Source: an uncultured bacterium
Lineage (GTDB): Bacteria; Patescibacteriota; Minisyncoccia; Phycocordibacterales; Phycocordibacteraceae
Assembly: GCA_963851445.1 (NCBI GenBank)
Contig: CAWKPH010000001.1
Coordinates: 297,363-361,362 of the forward strand
DNA length: 64,000 bases
Reading direction: 5' to 3'
The notes below the pieces were generated by a model. It worked only from the letters and a program-made list of their open reading frames with translations. It was not told the DNA's origin and did not search any database. Positions 19,672-30,575 of this stretch are shown one piece after another. Each line of letters starts with the position of its first letter. Positions within the stretch are counted from its first letter, which is position 1. The translations under genes and the position numbers were made by a program.

Positions 19672-20265
19672 CTAATACGTCAGCGTATCTACGACATTCC
19701 CATCTCCATCAATTAACTGAACCGTGTCATGCGCGAAGCTTGAGGGGAAGGGTGTTACAAAAAGAACCGGTTGTCCTGCGGAAAGAGTAAATGACGTACC
19801 TTTGCCGTTGGGGATGAATATATGCGCTTCATCTGCGTTACTTAGAATCTGCCAATCAAGGAGTGTCATTGGGGACGATACGTTAGAAGTAAGAATGAAT
19901 TCATCGTATTTTTGGCCCGGATTTGCGGTAGTATTTTCTGTGCTGCGTTCCATCGTCACCTTACCAGCGTACTGCGAATTTCCGGGAGTGTTACTTTGAC
20001 TTACTGGTGCAGGGGTAGTCCCTGTTTCGCTTGGGGTAGGGCCTTGCTGTGTCTTTTCTCCAACGCTAACCGATCCTCCCGGAACCGTGAGTGAGGCATT
20101 TGGATTAATCTGTGGGCCGTATCCCGATTGTGTCTCTCCAACATCACTGATTGGCGTTATAAAGGGCCCCGAAAAAGAAATTGGCTTACTTGGTCCGCCA
20201 CCCACAACCCATAGTGCGAAAAAAATGATAAGAATGATGACTATGAAGAAACCAGGGCTATCCAT
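19672..20265 (-). CDS. Membrane-anchored secreted protein, unknown function
   Basis: N-terminal TM helix, P/T/G-rich linker, C-terminal beta-rich domain. Confidence 0.4.
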   Translation of the reverse strand: MDSPGFFIVIILIIFFALWVVGGGPSKPISFSGPFITPISDVGETQSGYGPQINPNASLTVPGGSVSVGEKTQQGPTPSETGTTPAPVSQSNTPGNSQYAGKVTMERSTENTTANPGQKYDEFILTSNVSSPMTLLDWQILSNADEAHIFIPNGKGTSFTLSAGQPVLFVTPFPSSFAHDTVQLIDGDGNVVDTLTY

Positions 20266-20281
20266 ACAAGAATAATAGCAG

Positions 20282-21553
20282 TTAGCCGTTCGTGGATTTC
20301 AACTTCTCAAGCTCTTCGAGAACGACGCGCGAATCGCTCCAGGGCAATTTTTTTCCGCTCGCTTGCATAATATAAGGATCAGTTCCCTTGCCGGTTATGA
20401 GCACGGCGTCGCCTGATTTGGCCAGTGAAAGCGCGGTATGGATTGCCTCCCGACGATCCATAATGATGTGGGGCTTACGTTTCATTTCGCTCGCCATCTG
20501 AATAACGATGTGTCGCGGGTCTTCGTCATAAGGATCTTCATCAGTGAGAATCACCTCAGCGCACGCCTCGTCCGCAATCATTCCCATGAGAGGGCGTTTC
20601 CAGGTATCACGACCCCCGCCCGTATTCCCAAGGACACAAATTTTTCGATGATCGGGATACGCCGCGTACAAGGCCTTAAGTGAGTCGGGCGTGTGTGCAT
20701 AATCGACGATGGCCAAAAAATCCTGTCCCACTTCAACTCGTTCAGCGCGCCCAGGTATTTTTACAAGCTTGCTGAGTGCGCTGGCACACGTAGCAACGGG
20801 AACTCCAAAAAACTGCGAAGCTTTTATAGCAGCAAGCGCGTTCAGTACACTAAAGTTCCCTGGCTGCGGAACGGCTATTTCGGTGCCCTCGTACACGAAA
20901 GAAACACCTCCAGCTGAAAGGCTTGTGTTCTCTGCATCAGAAAGTGTAAAGGGAATTTTCTTCTCAACACCAAGAGATAAAAATCGTTTTCCGTATTCGC
21001 TAGATTCATTCGCAATAATCGCACGGGGACGCTTTTCGGAACGCTCGAGTGCTTTTCCAATTTTAAATTTTGCCTGGAAATACTTTTCCATCGAGCCATG
21101 CGACTCGATATGTTCCTTTTCGAGGTTTGTGAAGACAAGTGCGTTAAGTGAAAGAAACAGATGTCGATATTGCACCGCTGCTTCAGAGGTTAGTTCAACG
21201 ACGGCATGCGTACAGTTCGCATCAACAGCTTGGCGTAGGAATTTCTGAATGAATCCATGCCCCGGCAGTGTCATTTTGTAGAGATTCGGGCGAATCGTTT
21301 TTCCAATTTTGAAATGAATAGTGCTTGAGACGGCAACTGAGTAGCCGGCCTCCTCAAGAATCGTTGTAATCATCTCAGAAACCGACGATTTTCCTTTGGT
21401 ACCAGTCACTCCAATAACCACTAGTTTCTTAGCAGGGAATCCGTAGCGCACCGCACCATATAATTGCCACGCAGCATGGTAGGGAGAAAGAAGTGCACGG
21501 TAGATCGAAAGAGGAAGAACGGATCTAATTAAATTTTTAAGAGATTCCATCAT
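20282..21553 (-). CDS. Mur ligase family protein (MurE/MurF-like)
   Basis: ATP-binding P-loop VIGVTGTKGKSS and the Mur ligase middle and C-terminal domain pattern. Confidence 0.7.
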   Translation of the reverse strand: MMESLKNLIRSVLPLSIYRALLSPYHAAWQLYGAVRYGFPAKKLVVIGVTGTKGKSSVSEMITTILEEAGYSVAVSSTIHFKIGKTIRPNLYKMTLPGHGFIQKFLRQAVDANCTHAVVELTSEAAVQYRHLFLSLNALVFTNLEKEHIESHGSMEKYFQAKFKIGKALERSEKRPRAIIANESSEYGKRFLSLGVEKKIPFTLSDAENTSLSAGGVSFVYEGTEIAVPQPGNFSVLNALAAIKASQFFGVPVATCASALSKLVKIPGRAERVEVGQDFLAIVDYAHTPDSLKALYAAYPDHRKICVLGNTGGGRDTWKRPLMGMIADEACAEVILTDEDPYDEDPRHIVIQMASEMKRKPHIIMDRREAIHTALSLAKSGDAVLITGKGTDPYIMQASGKKLPWSDSRVVLEELEKLKSTNG

Positions 21554-21554
21554 G

Positions 21555-22106
21555 CTAGCGACCAGCTGAAAGTGCAGCTTTTAGACGCTCATCACGACCA
21601 ACGACAGAAAGAGGAACGCTTGCGAGTGCCCGCCGTGCTTCTCTATCCGTGTACCCAAGCGCAACGAGCGTGTCAAATACTTCCGCATCGTTACTAGATT
21701 GCTCGTTTTTTGTAACTTCAACCTTTTCCGAGAGTTCGACTGCAAGTTTCTCGGCAGATCTTTTACTAAGACCCGCAACCCGCGTTAGATAGGTGATATC
21801 CCGTACAGAAATCGCCTGTTCAAGCGATTCGCGCGGCGCGCGCGTCAGAATCGTGAGTGCGGTTTTTGGTCCGATACCTGAAACCGTTATAAGGAGTATA
21901 AATAGTGCAAGATCAAGTTTGTCGGTAAACCCGTAGAGTTCAGGGCCATCCTGTTTTACACACATATGAGTGAAAAGTGATACGACAGCGCCTTCTTTCA
22001 ACAGGAGCGAGGAAGTCATAAAAACGAATACACCGAACCCATTTACATCGATAACCGCGCCATTTGGTTCTGTCGAAAGCACTGTACCGCGTATCTGTCT
22101 GATCAT
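21555..22106 (-). CDS. ruvA: Holliday junction DNA helicase RuvA
   Basis: OB-fold N-terminus (IRGTV...), helix-hairpin-helix pair (GIGPKTALTIL) and a C-terminal RuvB-binding domain. Confidence 0.85.
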   Translation of the reverse strand: MIRQIRGTVLSTEPNGAVIDVNGFGVFVFMTSSLLLKEGAVVSLFTHMCVKQDGPELYGFTDKLDLALFILLITVSGIGPKTALTILTRAPRESLEQAISVRDITYLTRVAGLSKRSAEKLAVELSEKVEVTKNEQSSNDAEVFDTLVALGYTDREARRALASVPLSVVGRDERLKAALSAGR

Positions 22107-22174
22107 ATAACTATCGTACCACTTTTCTTTTTAGCGCAGATTCTTGCGAAGAATAGAGCTTTCGTGTAGGATTC

Positions 22175-22444
22175 GTGGACATGGCAATTACAAAGTCAGC
22201 GAAGAAGGCATATCGCGCGTCCCTCCGGAAGCGCGTATTCAATGTTAGGCGCAAACGAGCTCTTACGAATACAACCAAGGAAGTAAAGAAGCTCATGGCA
22301 ACCGATGTGAAAACCGCTGGAAAGTCTCTCTCTGAGGCATATCAGGCAATCGATAAGGCAGCAAAGCGCGGCATCATAAAGAAGAATACGGCGTCACGCA
22401 AGAAGTCTCGTTTAGCAAAAGCACTCGCAAAAGCGAAGGTGTAA
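22175..22444 (+). CDS. rpsT: 30S ribosomal protein S20
   Basis: Basic, alpha-helical 89-aa protein; MAITKSAKKAYRASLRKR... is typical of S20. Confidence 0.85.
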   Translation: MDMAITKSAKKAYRASLRKRVFNVRRKRALTNTTKEVKKLMATDVKTAGKSLSEAYQAIDKAAKRGIIKKNTASRKKSRLAKALAKAKV

Positions 22445-22454
22445 ATGAAAAGCA

Positions 22455-22490
22455 AAAGCCCCGCACAAAAAATGCGGGGCTTTTGCTTTT
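22455..22490. terminator. Bidirectional Rho-independent terminator (rpsT / convergent 776-aa gene)
   Basis: GCCCCGCA caaaaaa TGCGGGGC with A-run and T-run flanks. Confidence 0.7.
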
Positions 22491-22496
22491 ATTGCT

Positions 22497-24746
22497 TTAG
22501 AACAAGTGACCCAGTAGAGAACCAACCCAACCAAAGAAATTTACTATATATCCCCAAAACGATTCACCGCCAGACGATGCGCCTGCAGCGGCAAGCTGAT
22601 TTGATACGTCGGTGCTTGTAGTCCCTGAGGTATTTGTAGAACGAAGAGCTGCAAGATTAGGATTGCTTTCAGTAGTAGCCGTTTTTGTTCTAGTCACCGT
22701 ACCTACAAATGGAGTTATCACCGGGACAAGCGGTGGAACAACGATCGGAGTCGTTGAAGCTTCAGTTGAGGAGGCTGTAAGAGTGGTCGATGTCGCTGTT
22801 ACCAAGGTGGTCGTGCTTGCTAAGTCCGTTCCAGTTAAATCACTCGTTGATGCGTACACACCCGCAGGTAAAGGAAAGCCCGACAAAAGAGAATTCCACG
22901 AACGTCCTTCAATCGCAGAAAGTGCATATGCAGTAGCCCATACGCGATTATCAGTACCAGTCGAAGGAAGATTAAATCCACCATCAGATTGTTGAAGCGA
23001 CTCAAGTGAGGTAAGAGGAGTTCCTGCACCGACGCTCCATGATGAGGGAGATTGGCCAAGCGATGCAATGGCACCCAAAACCCAGCTTGTCGAGTAGCTA
23101 TTTCCAAATCCGCCATCAGACTGTTGCTGCTTGTGCAGATACCCCTGGGCATTTTCGATCGCAGTCTCTACCCCTGGAAGGGATGCCAGTGGCGTGAGTG
23201 CTTGGATGCCAGCTGCAGTTAAGTCACTACTTTCGTCCCAGGAGCCGTCAGATTCCTGCCGACTAACTACAAAGGCAGCGGTTTTCTGGATGATCGTGTC
23301 GCTACTGGTATAACCAGCTTTTGGGAGAACGATGAGTGCGAATATATCACCGTTATCAAGCGTAGGGTCGCCAATCTCTGTACCATTAAACGAATTCACA
23401 ATAGGTGTGATATCGTCGCCGGCCGTAGTGTAGGGATTAAGACCAAGTGACATGAGCGCCATTGCGTGCCTCTCATAGTCAGTGACTAGAGAAAGAGTCT
23501 GAGGGGTCGATTCTAGATATGCTTTGATCTGGGCACGTGCACTCTGAGGCGCATCAGGAAGCGAGAGAGCAATAGCAGCCCAATCGGTTATAAGTGGCGT
23601 ATCGAAGGAGCCTCCCGGAAGTTGTTGAGCCGCAAGATAAGAAAATGCTGAGGCAGTTGGAGAAGAATCGGTACCACCTCCGCCACCACCTGAGCCTCCA
23701 GTACCCCCGCCCGTCGTGCTTGTTGCGGTAGTGCTCGTCGATACAGGAAGTACAGTGAGAGGGGTTAGGAAAGAGTAGTAGTCCTCTTCAAGGCCAACGC
23801 CATAGGAGCCAGGCGTATTAAGGGTGAATGTTGCTTGGCCGTTTGCGTCCACTGTTGAGGTTGCGATTTCGGTTGGTGAGTACGGATCACTGGGATTGGG
23901 TTGTGTGACGCCGATTGTGTATCCGGTGATCGGAGAAAATGTATCGGTTGTGGGATCATATGACTGTGCGGTTGCCGTAATACTCTGTCCGGCAGCAATA
24001 GTTGTTGTCGAAAGTGAAACTTCTCGAGGTGTCCCAAAATACAGATTAACCGAATCACCGTTCTGTAACGTATATTGGTCGGCCCCTTCTTGCGGATACA
24101 TTCCATCAACCTCGTACTGCCAGTCTCCACACAGAGGAGAATTCAGGTCACCCGGGATCGTTATGCAATTGATATAAAATTCACCATACGAAGCATAGTA
24201 CTCAAGATCAGATATTGAGAAAGTACTTTCGGAAGATTCAAGTTGAATAAGTGCGCCTAGAAGGCTTTCACTTGCAACAGGAACGGTCGTGCTGCTGTTG
24301 GTTGGAAGCACAGAGGTAGTACTTGTGCCGATCGGGAAAGTGAGAGTGCCGTTGAATGCGATTGTTGAGCCATCACGAACAAGCAGGTGCGCGGTTCCTG
24401 TGGTGGGACTCGTAGAGGTGGATGTTCCTGAAGGAGATGTTGATGGTGGGGTCGTTGTGCCAACGTCATCTGGTGTGGTTGAAGAGGCAGTAGAGCTTGC
24501 GGTGTCATTTGGGCTGGTCGATGTTGAGAGAGACTGAATAGTATCGAGTGAAAATGGAGGTATTGTAATATCAGGATCAGTGCTCGACGCAGTTGTTGAA
24601 TCTGTACTTGTTGCTGTTGGGCTGGTGCTGCTTGCTGTAGAAGTGGTTCCTGATGATTCATCCGCATATACCGATTGCAGGGGAATTGCGATAATGAATG
24701 CAGCTGCAACGATGATCCCTATAAACCCAAATTTATTTTCCTCCAT
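22497..24746 (-). CDS. Large surface protein with prenyltransferase/squalene-cyclase-like alpha-toroid repeats and S/T-rich linkers
   Basis: Repeated QxxDGGF/W motifs (RQESDGSW, QQQSDGGFGN, QQSDGGFN) and an N-terminal TM/signal region. The likely start is MEENKF at 24746, which avoids overlap with the downstream gene. Confidence 0.5.
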   Translation of the reverse strand: MEENKFGFIGIIVAAAFIIAIPLQSVYADESSGTTSTASSTSPTATSTDSTTASSTDPDITIPPFSLDTIQSLSTSTSPNDTASSTASSTTPDDVGTTTPPSTSPSGTSTSTSPTTGTAHLLVRDGSTIAFNGTLTFPIGTSTTSVLPTNSSTTVPVASESLLGALIQLESSESTFSISDLEYYASYGEFYINCITIPGDLNSPLCGDWQYEVDGMYPQEGADQYTLQNGDSVNLYFGTPREVSLSTTTIAAGQSITATAQSYDPTTDTFSPITGYTIGVTQPNPSDPYSPTEIATSTVDANGQATFTLNTPGSYGVGLEEDYYSFLTPLTVLPVSTSTTATSTTGGGTGGSGGGGGGTDSSPTASAFSYLAAQQLPGGSFDTPLITDWAAIALSLPDAPQSARAQIKAYLESTPQTLSLVTDYERHAMALMSLGLNPYTTAGDDITPIVNSFNGTEIGDPTLDNGDIFALIVLPKAGYTSSDTIIQKTAAFVVSRQESDGSWDESSDLTAAGIQALTPLASLPGVETAIENAQGYLHKQQQSDGGFGNSYSTSWVLGAIASLGQSPSSWSVGAGTPLTSLESLQQSDGGFNLPSTGTDNRVWATAYALSAIEGRSWNSLLSGFPLPAGVYASTSDLTGTDLASTTTLVTATSTTLTASSTEASTTPIVVPPLVPVITPFVGTVTRTKTATTESNPNLAALRSTNTSGTTSTDVSNQLAAAGASSGGESFWGYIVNFFGWVGSLLGHLF

Positions 24747-24768
24747 ACACTGTTTGTAATTTTTATAA

Positions 24769-25305
24769 TTAATTTTCATACTTCCACGCGACAACATCTC
24801 CTGGTGAAAGTGTCGTTTCCGAAACACCTGTCTGTGATTGCACCCCGTTTACATACAGCATCCAGTAATAGTTATTTGCACTCCCCTTGCGATCAATTGA
24901 TTCAATAAATTCACCAAGCCCAGGATATTCTTTTTCGGTATATGTGATAGAGCCATTAGCTTCTAGTGCTTGCATCGCGCTAGCAATCGTTTCGCCAGAC
25001 GTCACAGCTACTGGGTATGAATTGCCGTTTACAACAAATGTTGCCTCAGCAGTTGTTATTTGTGTGTGAGCCGTTTCTTGACTCGTGGAACTTGCTTTAG
25101 ACGTTGGAAGAACAGAAGGAACTGGGCCCGAAGTCGTAGATTGTGCTAAGGACGCTTCCGAAGAGGTCATCGAGGCTGAAAGAGCAGCAATCGGAACGGT
25201 TCGAGTATTCAAAACCGGTTTCGAATACTCGAAGCCCACAATAAGGGCGCCCACTGCAATAAGCAGGGCGGCAGCGATGAGTGTTTTGTAAATACGGGAT
25301 GGCAT
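24769..25305 (-). CDS. Secreted DUF4430-like protein (partner of the prenyltransferase-like surface protein)
   Basis: Signal anchor followed by a small beta domain (YYWMLYVNG...GDVVAWKY) typical of DUF4430. Confidence 0.4.
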   Translation of the reverse strand: MPSRIYKTLIAAALLIAVGALIVGFEYSKPVLNTRTVPIAALSASMTSSEASLAQSTTSGPVPSVLPTSKASSTSQETAHTQITTAEATFVVNGNSYPVAVTSGETIASAMQALEANGSITYTEKEYPGLGEFIESIDRKGSANNYYWMLYVNGVQSQTGVSETTLSPGDVVAWKYEN

Positions 25306-25656
25306 GGTGAGTTAGTAGATAAAAAGCAAAATCTCTGCCATCCCGAGCAGAGTACCTAAATGCACTATTGATTCGAACGGTTCCTGCTCGGGAATGAATC
25401 GGCGTTTGATGACCGGACTCGTTCCGTGCCCAATAGAGCAGGACGTTACCGTTGCGGCACAGTGGAGGAATCTAACCTCAGCTTCCACTCTGATCCCTAG
25501 GGACCAGATCCAAGAGACTGCTCTTGGCAAACTACCGAAGCTGATTATAACGTTCTTGCACAGGATGTTGCAAGTTTGTCCACCGTTTACCGCTTGGCAC
25601 TCAAGGGGAAAAGGCCATACTAGAGATAGTTATTATAGAAAGCCTAACTATCCAGT

Positions 25657-27429
25657 ATGGAAAAAGGTCTCGTCTTTACTCTCGTCGCCCTCTTTTTTTT
25701 CGTCACCTTCGCCGTTCCAACGAGGGCCCAAGCTATTGAGCCGGGATTAGGACTAGGGTCCCAAGGAAATGCAGTCACAATCCTTCAACAGACACTTAAA
25801 GATGAGGGCTTCTTTACCTACCCTGTGATAACTGGTTTCTTTGGCACCATCACCAAACAAGCAGTTATTGCGTTCCAAGACGCCTATGCGAACAGTGTGC
25901 TAGCACCGCTTAATCTTACTCGAGGTACTGGGTATGTCGGTTCTCTTACCGCCGCGGCTCTCAATGCGGCGAATCAGAAATCTGGTTCCATATCAATGAC
26001 GTTTGTTGCCTCCTCCACAACCATAACTCCCGGTCAATCAACAACATTGTCGTGGACCACAAGCAATGCCACCTCGTGCAGCGCTTCTGGTGGTTGGAGT
26101 GGTTCAGAAAATCTCGGCGGCTCACTCGTACTCACCCCAACTTCCTCTACCACCTACACCCTTACCTGTTCTAATAACAAGAAAAGTAGCTCCCAAAGCG
26201 TTGTGGTATCGGTTACAACTACGCCGCCACCCCCAACCCCACCAACCGTCTCCCTCTCAGCCTCCCCAACAAGTATCACCGCAGGAGGATCTTCAACCCT
26301 CACCTGGAGCTCCACAAATGCGACTTCGTGCACTGCCACTAACTTCTTGGGGAGTGGTACGAGTGGCTCGGTAACAGTCTTTCCGACTACCTCTACTACC
26401 TATACCATCACGTGTACAGGAACAGGAGGGAGTGCGACAGGATCGGCTACGACGACCATTATTAGCGGCACGCCACCCTTAGCATCTGGCCAGCTCCCAA
26501 ATATTCTCTCAGGCTATATGACGCGTCCTCCCTGGCAGGTTGCAGGTGTTGATTACCCCGTTGGTGTACCTGTGGGTACAACCCTCAAGGACCCTCTTAC
26601 CCCGGGAGCTCTCCCTAGCTGTGCTGATACGAGCGACTATACTCTCTATGGGCGGCAATTCATTCGGGTCTCCGGCAGCAACTGTACGATCAACGGCTTT
26701 GACTTCTCACTTCATGGTGGACTGGGTCTCTATATCACCGGTTCAAATATTACGGTGACCAATTCGAACTTCGTATCTCCTACGACAACAGCGTATGTCA
26801 TTCAGGAAGCATCTCCAGCTACTGGAATTACTATTGAAAACAACACCATAGATGGTGATGGAGCTAGTGGTAACGCGGATTTAATTGGCATCAACGGGGG
26901 AACCGCGATAGTAGAAAACAATTGGTTGAAGAACTTCCCGCAGCATGCAGTAGATATCAATGGAACCACAAACCTTACCTACAGTTACAATCTTGTAGAG
27001 AACGGAGGAATGGTCGCTGGTTCGCATCTTAATTATCTTCAGTGGGGCAATGGAGCAGGTCAGTCGTCAGCGGTGGTTGAATACAATACTACCTATCAAC
27101 AACCACAAGTTGCGGGTGGAGAAGGATTCCAATTTGATCCATTTGGAACAATCACATTCTCATCAATCACAGTTGATCACAACACAATGATAGCGGTGCC
27201 AAGTATATCCGGTACTCCTCCGGTCTCGTATTTTGTGCATGGCAGTACGTGCTCATCCTCTGCTGTGTGCGGCACAGGCACTCCGGTCTCAGGACTGGCT
27301 ACGTTCTTTGACAACTACTTCGATGCGAGTGGCGCCTACGGAACGTTTTATCCCCAGTCTGTACAGAACCCACCATGGACGATTTCGGGGAACGTAGATA
27401 TGAGAACCGGCCAAGCTATAAACTCTTGA
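25657..27429 (+). CDS. Secreted protein: peptidoglycan-binding domain + Ig-like repeats + right-handed beta-helix
   Basis: Signal peptide. PG_binding_1-like segment (GSQGNAVTILQQTLKDEGFF...TKQAVIAFQ). Repeated Ig-like units (TLTCS/TITCT). Parallel beta-helix motifs (NITVTNSNF, NNTIDGDG, IENNWL). Confidence 0.5.
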   Translation: MEKGLVFTLVALFFFVTFAVPTRAQAIEPGLGLGSQGNAVTILQQTLKDEGFFTYPVITGFFGTITKQAVIAFQDAYANSVLAPLNLTRGTGYVGSLTAAALNAANQKSGSISMTFVASSTTITPGQSTTLSWTTSNATSCSASGGWSGSENLGGSLVLTPTSSTTYTLTCSNNKKSSSQSVVVSVTTTPPPPTPPTVSLSASPTSITAGGSSTLTWSSTNATSCTATNFLGSGTSGSVTVFPTTSTTYTITCTGTGGSATGSATTTIISGTPPLASGQLPNILSGYMTRPPWQVAGVDYPVGVPVGTTLKDPLTPGALPSCADTSDYTLYGRQFIRVSGSNCTINGFDFSLHGGLGLYITGSNITVTNSNFVSPTTTAYVIQEASPATGITIENNTIDGDGASGNADLIGINGGTAIVENNWLKNFPQHAVDINGTTNLTYSYNLVENGGMVAGSHLNYLQWGNGAGQSSAVVEYNTTYQQPQVAGGEGFQFDPFGTITFSSITVDHNTMIAVPSISGTPPVSYFVHGSTCSSSAVCGTGTPVSGLATFFDNYFDASGAYGTFYPQSVQNPPWTISGNVDMRTGQAINS

Positions 27430-27475
27430 ATTCAATAGCAAATTGACACCTCAGCCCAGACTTCTAAAAACGCGG

Positions 27476-27547
27476 TGCTCTCAGCGGGAATCGAACCTGC
27501 ATTTGCTCCTTCGGAGGGAGCCGTCCTATCCATTGAACGACGAGAGC
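27476..27547 (-). tRNA. tRNA-Arg (anticodon CCG)
   Basis: GCTCTCG acceptor with one G-U pair, anticodon loop CTCCGAA, one A-C mismatch in the T-stem. CC but not CCA follows the 3' end. Confidence 0.65.
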
Positions 27548-27650
27548 TCTGTGGATAACCTTGTCCACAGGTGTACTAAGAGTAGGCAAATGCTGAACTT
27601 TGCGCAATTGCATTGCCCAGCCAGGGAGGGGAAGCTACAATACAAGTCCG

Positions 27651-28217
27651 ATGAAGACCTATTCTTTCAAAACTGGCTGGTTAAAACTTGTGCTCGGCTG
27701 GATCCTTGTCTTTGCCATACGTCTTATTCCATTTCGACCTCCGAATTTCGAGCCTGTACTTGCGACAGTCATGCCATTCTCCAAGAAGTACGGCCTTTTA
27801 GAGAGTTTTTCCTTTGGATTTTTGAGCATCGTATTGTTTGATGCAGTAACCTCAGGTATCGGATTATGGACCGTTGGCACCTCCATAACGTACGGCATAC
27901 TTGGCGTCGGTTCCTATTTCTTCTTCAAAAATCACAGCGCATCGGTAAAGAATTTCCTCATATATGGCATCATAGGCACACTTTTTTATGACCTCATAAC
28001 GGGTATATTAATGGGCCCACTGCTTTTCCATCAACCATTTATGGTCGCACTTATTGGTCAGATACCCTTCACGCTCTCACATCTTCTTGGCACGATTACG
28101 TTTTCTGTATTTCTGAGTCCTGTATTGTATCGCTGGGTTGTTAAAAATGATGCACTTGAATTCTCTTTTCCTTTTCAAACAGCTCTTGCACACAGTCGCG
28201 TGAGCCAATTAGATTAG
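27651..28217 (+). CDS. Polytopic membrane protein (about 6 TM helices; ECF-transporter S-component-like topology)
   Basis: Hydrophobic. The start is probably MKTYSF at 27651. Confidence 0.4.
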   Translation: MKTYSFKTGWLKLVLGWILVFAIRLIPFRPPNFEPVLATVMPFSKKYGLLESFSFGFLSIVLFDAVTSGIGLWTVGTSITYGILGVGSYFFFKNHSASVKNFLIYGIIGTLFYDLITGILMGPLLFHQPFMVALIGQIPFTLSHLLGTITFSVFLSPVLYRWVVKNDALEFSFPFQTALAHSRVSQLD

Positions 28218-28378
28218 TGCACCATTCCTTAAATCAATTGCCTCATTACACAAGCTCTCGACATACGCACTGCGTGAGTCTAAACGTAACGGGTTCTTGT
28301 CCACCCAAAAAAGTTGTTTGATTCATAAAACGCTATAGAATTAGGGCCATAGTCGGGAGTTGTGACTTAGTATTCCAG

Positions 28379-30544
28379 ATGCATCGTATGTACCTCCTTT
28401 CCCGTATTTTCCTTCTCCTCTTCCTCTTTCCCACCCTAGCTTTCGCTCAAACCTCAACCCTACCAACCAGCTCACTCGTTGCTGCCCCAGGTACAATAAC
28501 CCCAGGCTCTTTCGTGGGACTGAAATATTCATGCGGTAGTAATACAAATGGTCCTACTACCTCAGCTTCCTTAGAAAACGGTGACAGAGTCCTAGGCACC
28601 CTAAACCATGATCCTACCACTGGAGCATTTAGTGGCATTTTTTGGGTCGCACCGGCCGTCACCACGACCTACACCTTGATTTGTAAGGGACCAGGAGGAT
28701 CCTCTTCGGCAACGGCAACCTTCACGGTCGTACCGCTAAGCGCAAGCCCGGCAAGTATTCCTGTTGGGGGAATGTCAGCATTGAGTTACGGCTGTGCAGC
28801 AGACGCGACCTCAGCTTCCTTGAGTGGTGATCCCATTCAGAAAGCCCTAAACGGTATGGTGTATGTTACTCCCAAAGTCACAACAACTTACGCCCTCATC
28901 TGTACCAAAGGAGGGGTCTCTACTAAATCCTTAGCTACGGTTACCGTTACTCCCCCAGTCACCTTCGCCCTGCCCCCCGTCACTACCGTCGGAATACATT
29001 TGGGACAAGTGTTTGACTCTAGGATTGGACAAGCTGGCTTGGACCCCACTCACATCATAAATGACGAGATTGGTCTCATTGACTACGTCTGGGGAGCCTC
29101 GAAACCTGTTCCGAAAGCTGCATATACGACGTTTTATGATCCGCTACAAGAAAACCCCGACCCGACTCAAGGAATTGTGCCCGTGAATGACACACATACC
29201 ATCTCCTGGTTCAAAGCCAACCATCCAGACTGGATTGAATACACGTGCGCAGCCGCCCAGTATAAAAATCAAGCGAGTGCCCCGGACTCAGATATCGCCT
29301 GGGAATTTGGCGAGCAGAGCGATAAAGGACAATGGACACCCATTGATGTCGATAATCCTCAAGTCTTAAATTATCTCCTTGCCACGTATTTCGAGCCAGC
29401 TATCCAAGCGGGATATAAGGGCGTTGCGCTCGATAATGTGTATTTTGAAAACCTCTGGGGACGGTGTGGCCATTTTGCACCAAATGGTGGTGGCTGGGTT
29501 CAGCAGTATAGCGGTGCCGTCGATAATGACCCTGCATATATCAATCACATTGTTTCGTACGTGCAAAGACTCTATCCAGCAATCCATGCTATTGGAGGAA
29601 GCCTGACGGGGAATTTTGACTATGATTTTGAAGACACACTGAGTGACGCTACTACTAGTATCGATACTACTGCGCAGAATCTTGATATCATCATGCCCGA
29701 AGGTTTCGTGAGTTCCATTGGAAAAGGAACTGGAAATTCAAGTGTAGCTGATTGGCTTACTGATATGCAGTTCCTGCAGTATGTGCAATCTTCTCTTGGA
29801 AAGAGTGTCTTTGCCAACGACTACTACCTCTATGCGAATGATCTAACTTATGAGGACACAGCAGCACATGAGAACGTGCAAAATGCTCTTCAGTGGGGGT
29901 TAGCTAATTACCTTCTTATTAAAGAGAATCATACGTACTTTTCGCTTGTAGATGAGTATGCGACCCCGCAATTCCCACCCGGATTTCTTGATACAAGCAA
30001 CCCTCGATCAACACTAGCGTGGCTCCATCCAGAGTATCAAGCATCCATAGGAGCCCCCATCGTTCCTAGTGGAGCCACCACCGATGCCATGTACGAATCC
30101 CAGGGAGTCTATATGCGAAATTACTCAAATGGTTTAGTGATTGTGAATCCTGATCCAACAGCAACGAGTACTATTACACTGCCTTCAAATACCTATATAG
30201 ATTTGTATGGAAACACTATTGGTTCGACACTTGCGATGGGTCCGCAATCAGGAGCCGTGTTACTTGACGGAAGTGGCGAGTCGTCAGCGCAAACGGAGTA
30301 CCTTCAAGACTTTGTTAGTAACGATGCGAGCCTCCTTCCCGTCTATTCTCTTGGCATTCAAGGCGATCTCGAAGGGGGTAGTGACGATACTGCCTACATA
30401 GGCAATCTTGGGGGTGCGGATACAACGTATACCGTGAGCGACAACTCTGTCACTGCTACTAGCAATACACTGGACGATCCCTTTCAGAATATGGTTACAT
30501 ATCAAACTCCTACTGAAAACTTCGGAGGAGATGGCGGCGACTAA
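28379..30544 (+). CDS. Large secreted protein with Ig-like domains and a putative glycoside-hydrolase-like TIM-barrel domain
   Basis: Signal peptide MHRMYLLSRIFLLLFLFPTLAFA. Two Ig-like repeats (TYTLIC/TYALIC). Central domain rich in aromatic and acidic residues. Confidence 0.4.
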   Translation: MHRMYLLSRIFLLLFLFPTLAFAQTSTLPTSSLVAAPGTITPGSFVGLKYSCGSNTNGPTTSASLENGDRVLGTLNHDPTTGAFSGIFWVAPAVTTTYTLICKGPGGSSSATATFTVVPLSASPASIPVGGMSALSYGCAADATSASLSGDPIQKALNGMVYVTPKVTTTYALICTKGGVSTKSLATVTVTPPVTFALPPVTTVGIHLGQVFDSRIGQAGLDPTHIINDEIGLIDYVWGASKPVPKAAYTTFYDPLQENPDPTQGIVPVNDTHTISWFKANHPDWIEYTCAAAQYKNQASAPDSDIAWEFGEQSDKGQWTPIDVDNPQVLNYLLATYFEPAIQAGYKGVALDNVYFENLWGRCGHFAPNGGGWVQQYSGAVDNDPAYINHIVSYVQRLYPAIHAIGGSLTGNFDYDFEDTLSDATTSIDTTAQNLDIIMPEGFVSSIGKGTGNSSVADWLTDMQFLQYVQSSLGKSVFANDYYLYANDLTYEDTAAHENVQNALQWGLANYLLIKENHTYFSLVDEYATPQFPPGFLDTSNPRSTLAWLHPEYQASIGAPIVPSGATTDAMYESQGVYMRNYSNGLVIVNPDPTATSTITLPSNTYIDLYGNTIGSTLAMGPQSGAVLLDGSGESSAQTEYLQDFVSNDASLLPVYSLGIQGDLEGGSDDTAYIGNLGGADTTYTVSDNSVTATSNTLDDPFQNMVTYQTPTENFGGDGGD

Positions 30545-30575
30545 CATCCTAATTAACCCTTTATACTATTCTCAT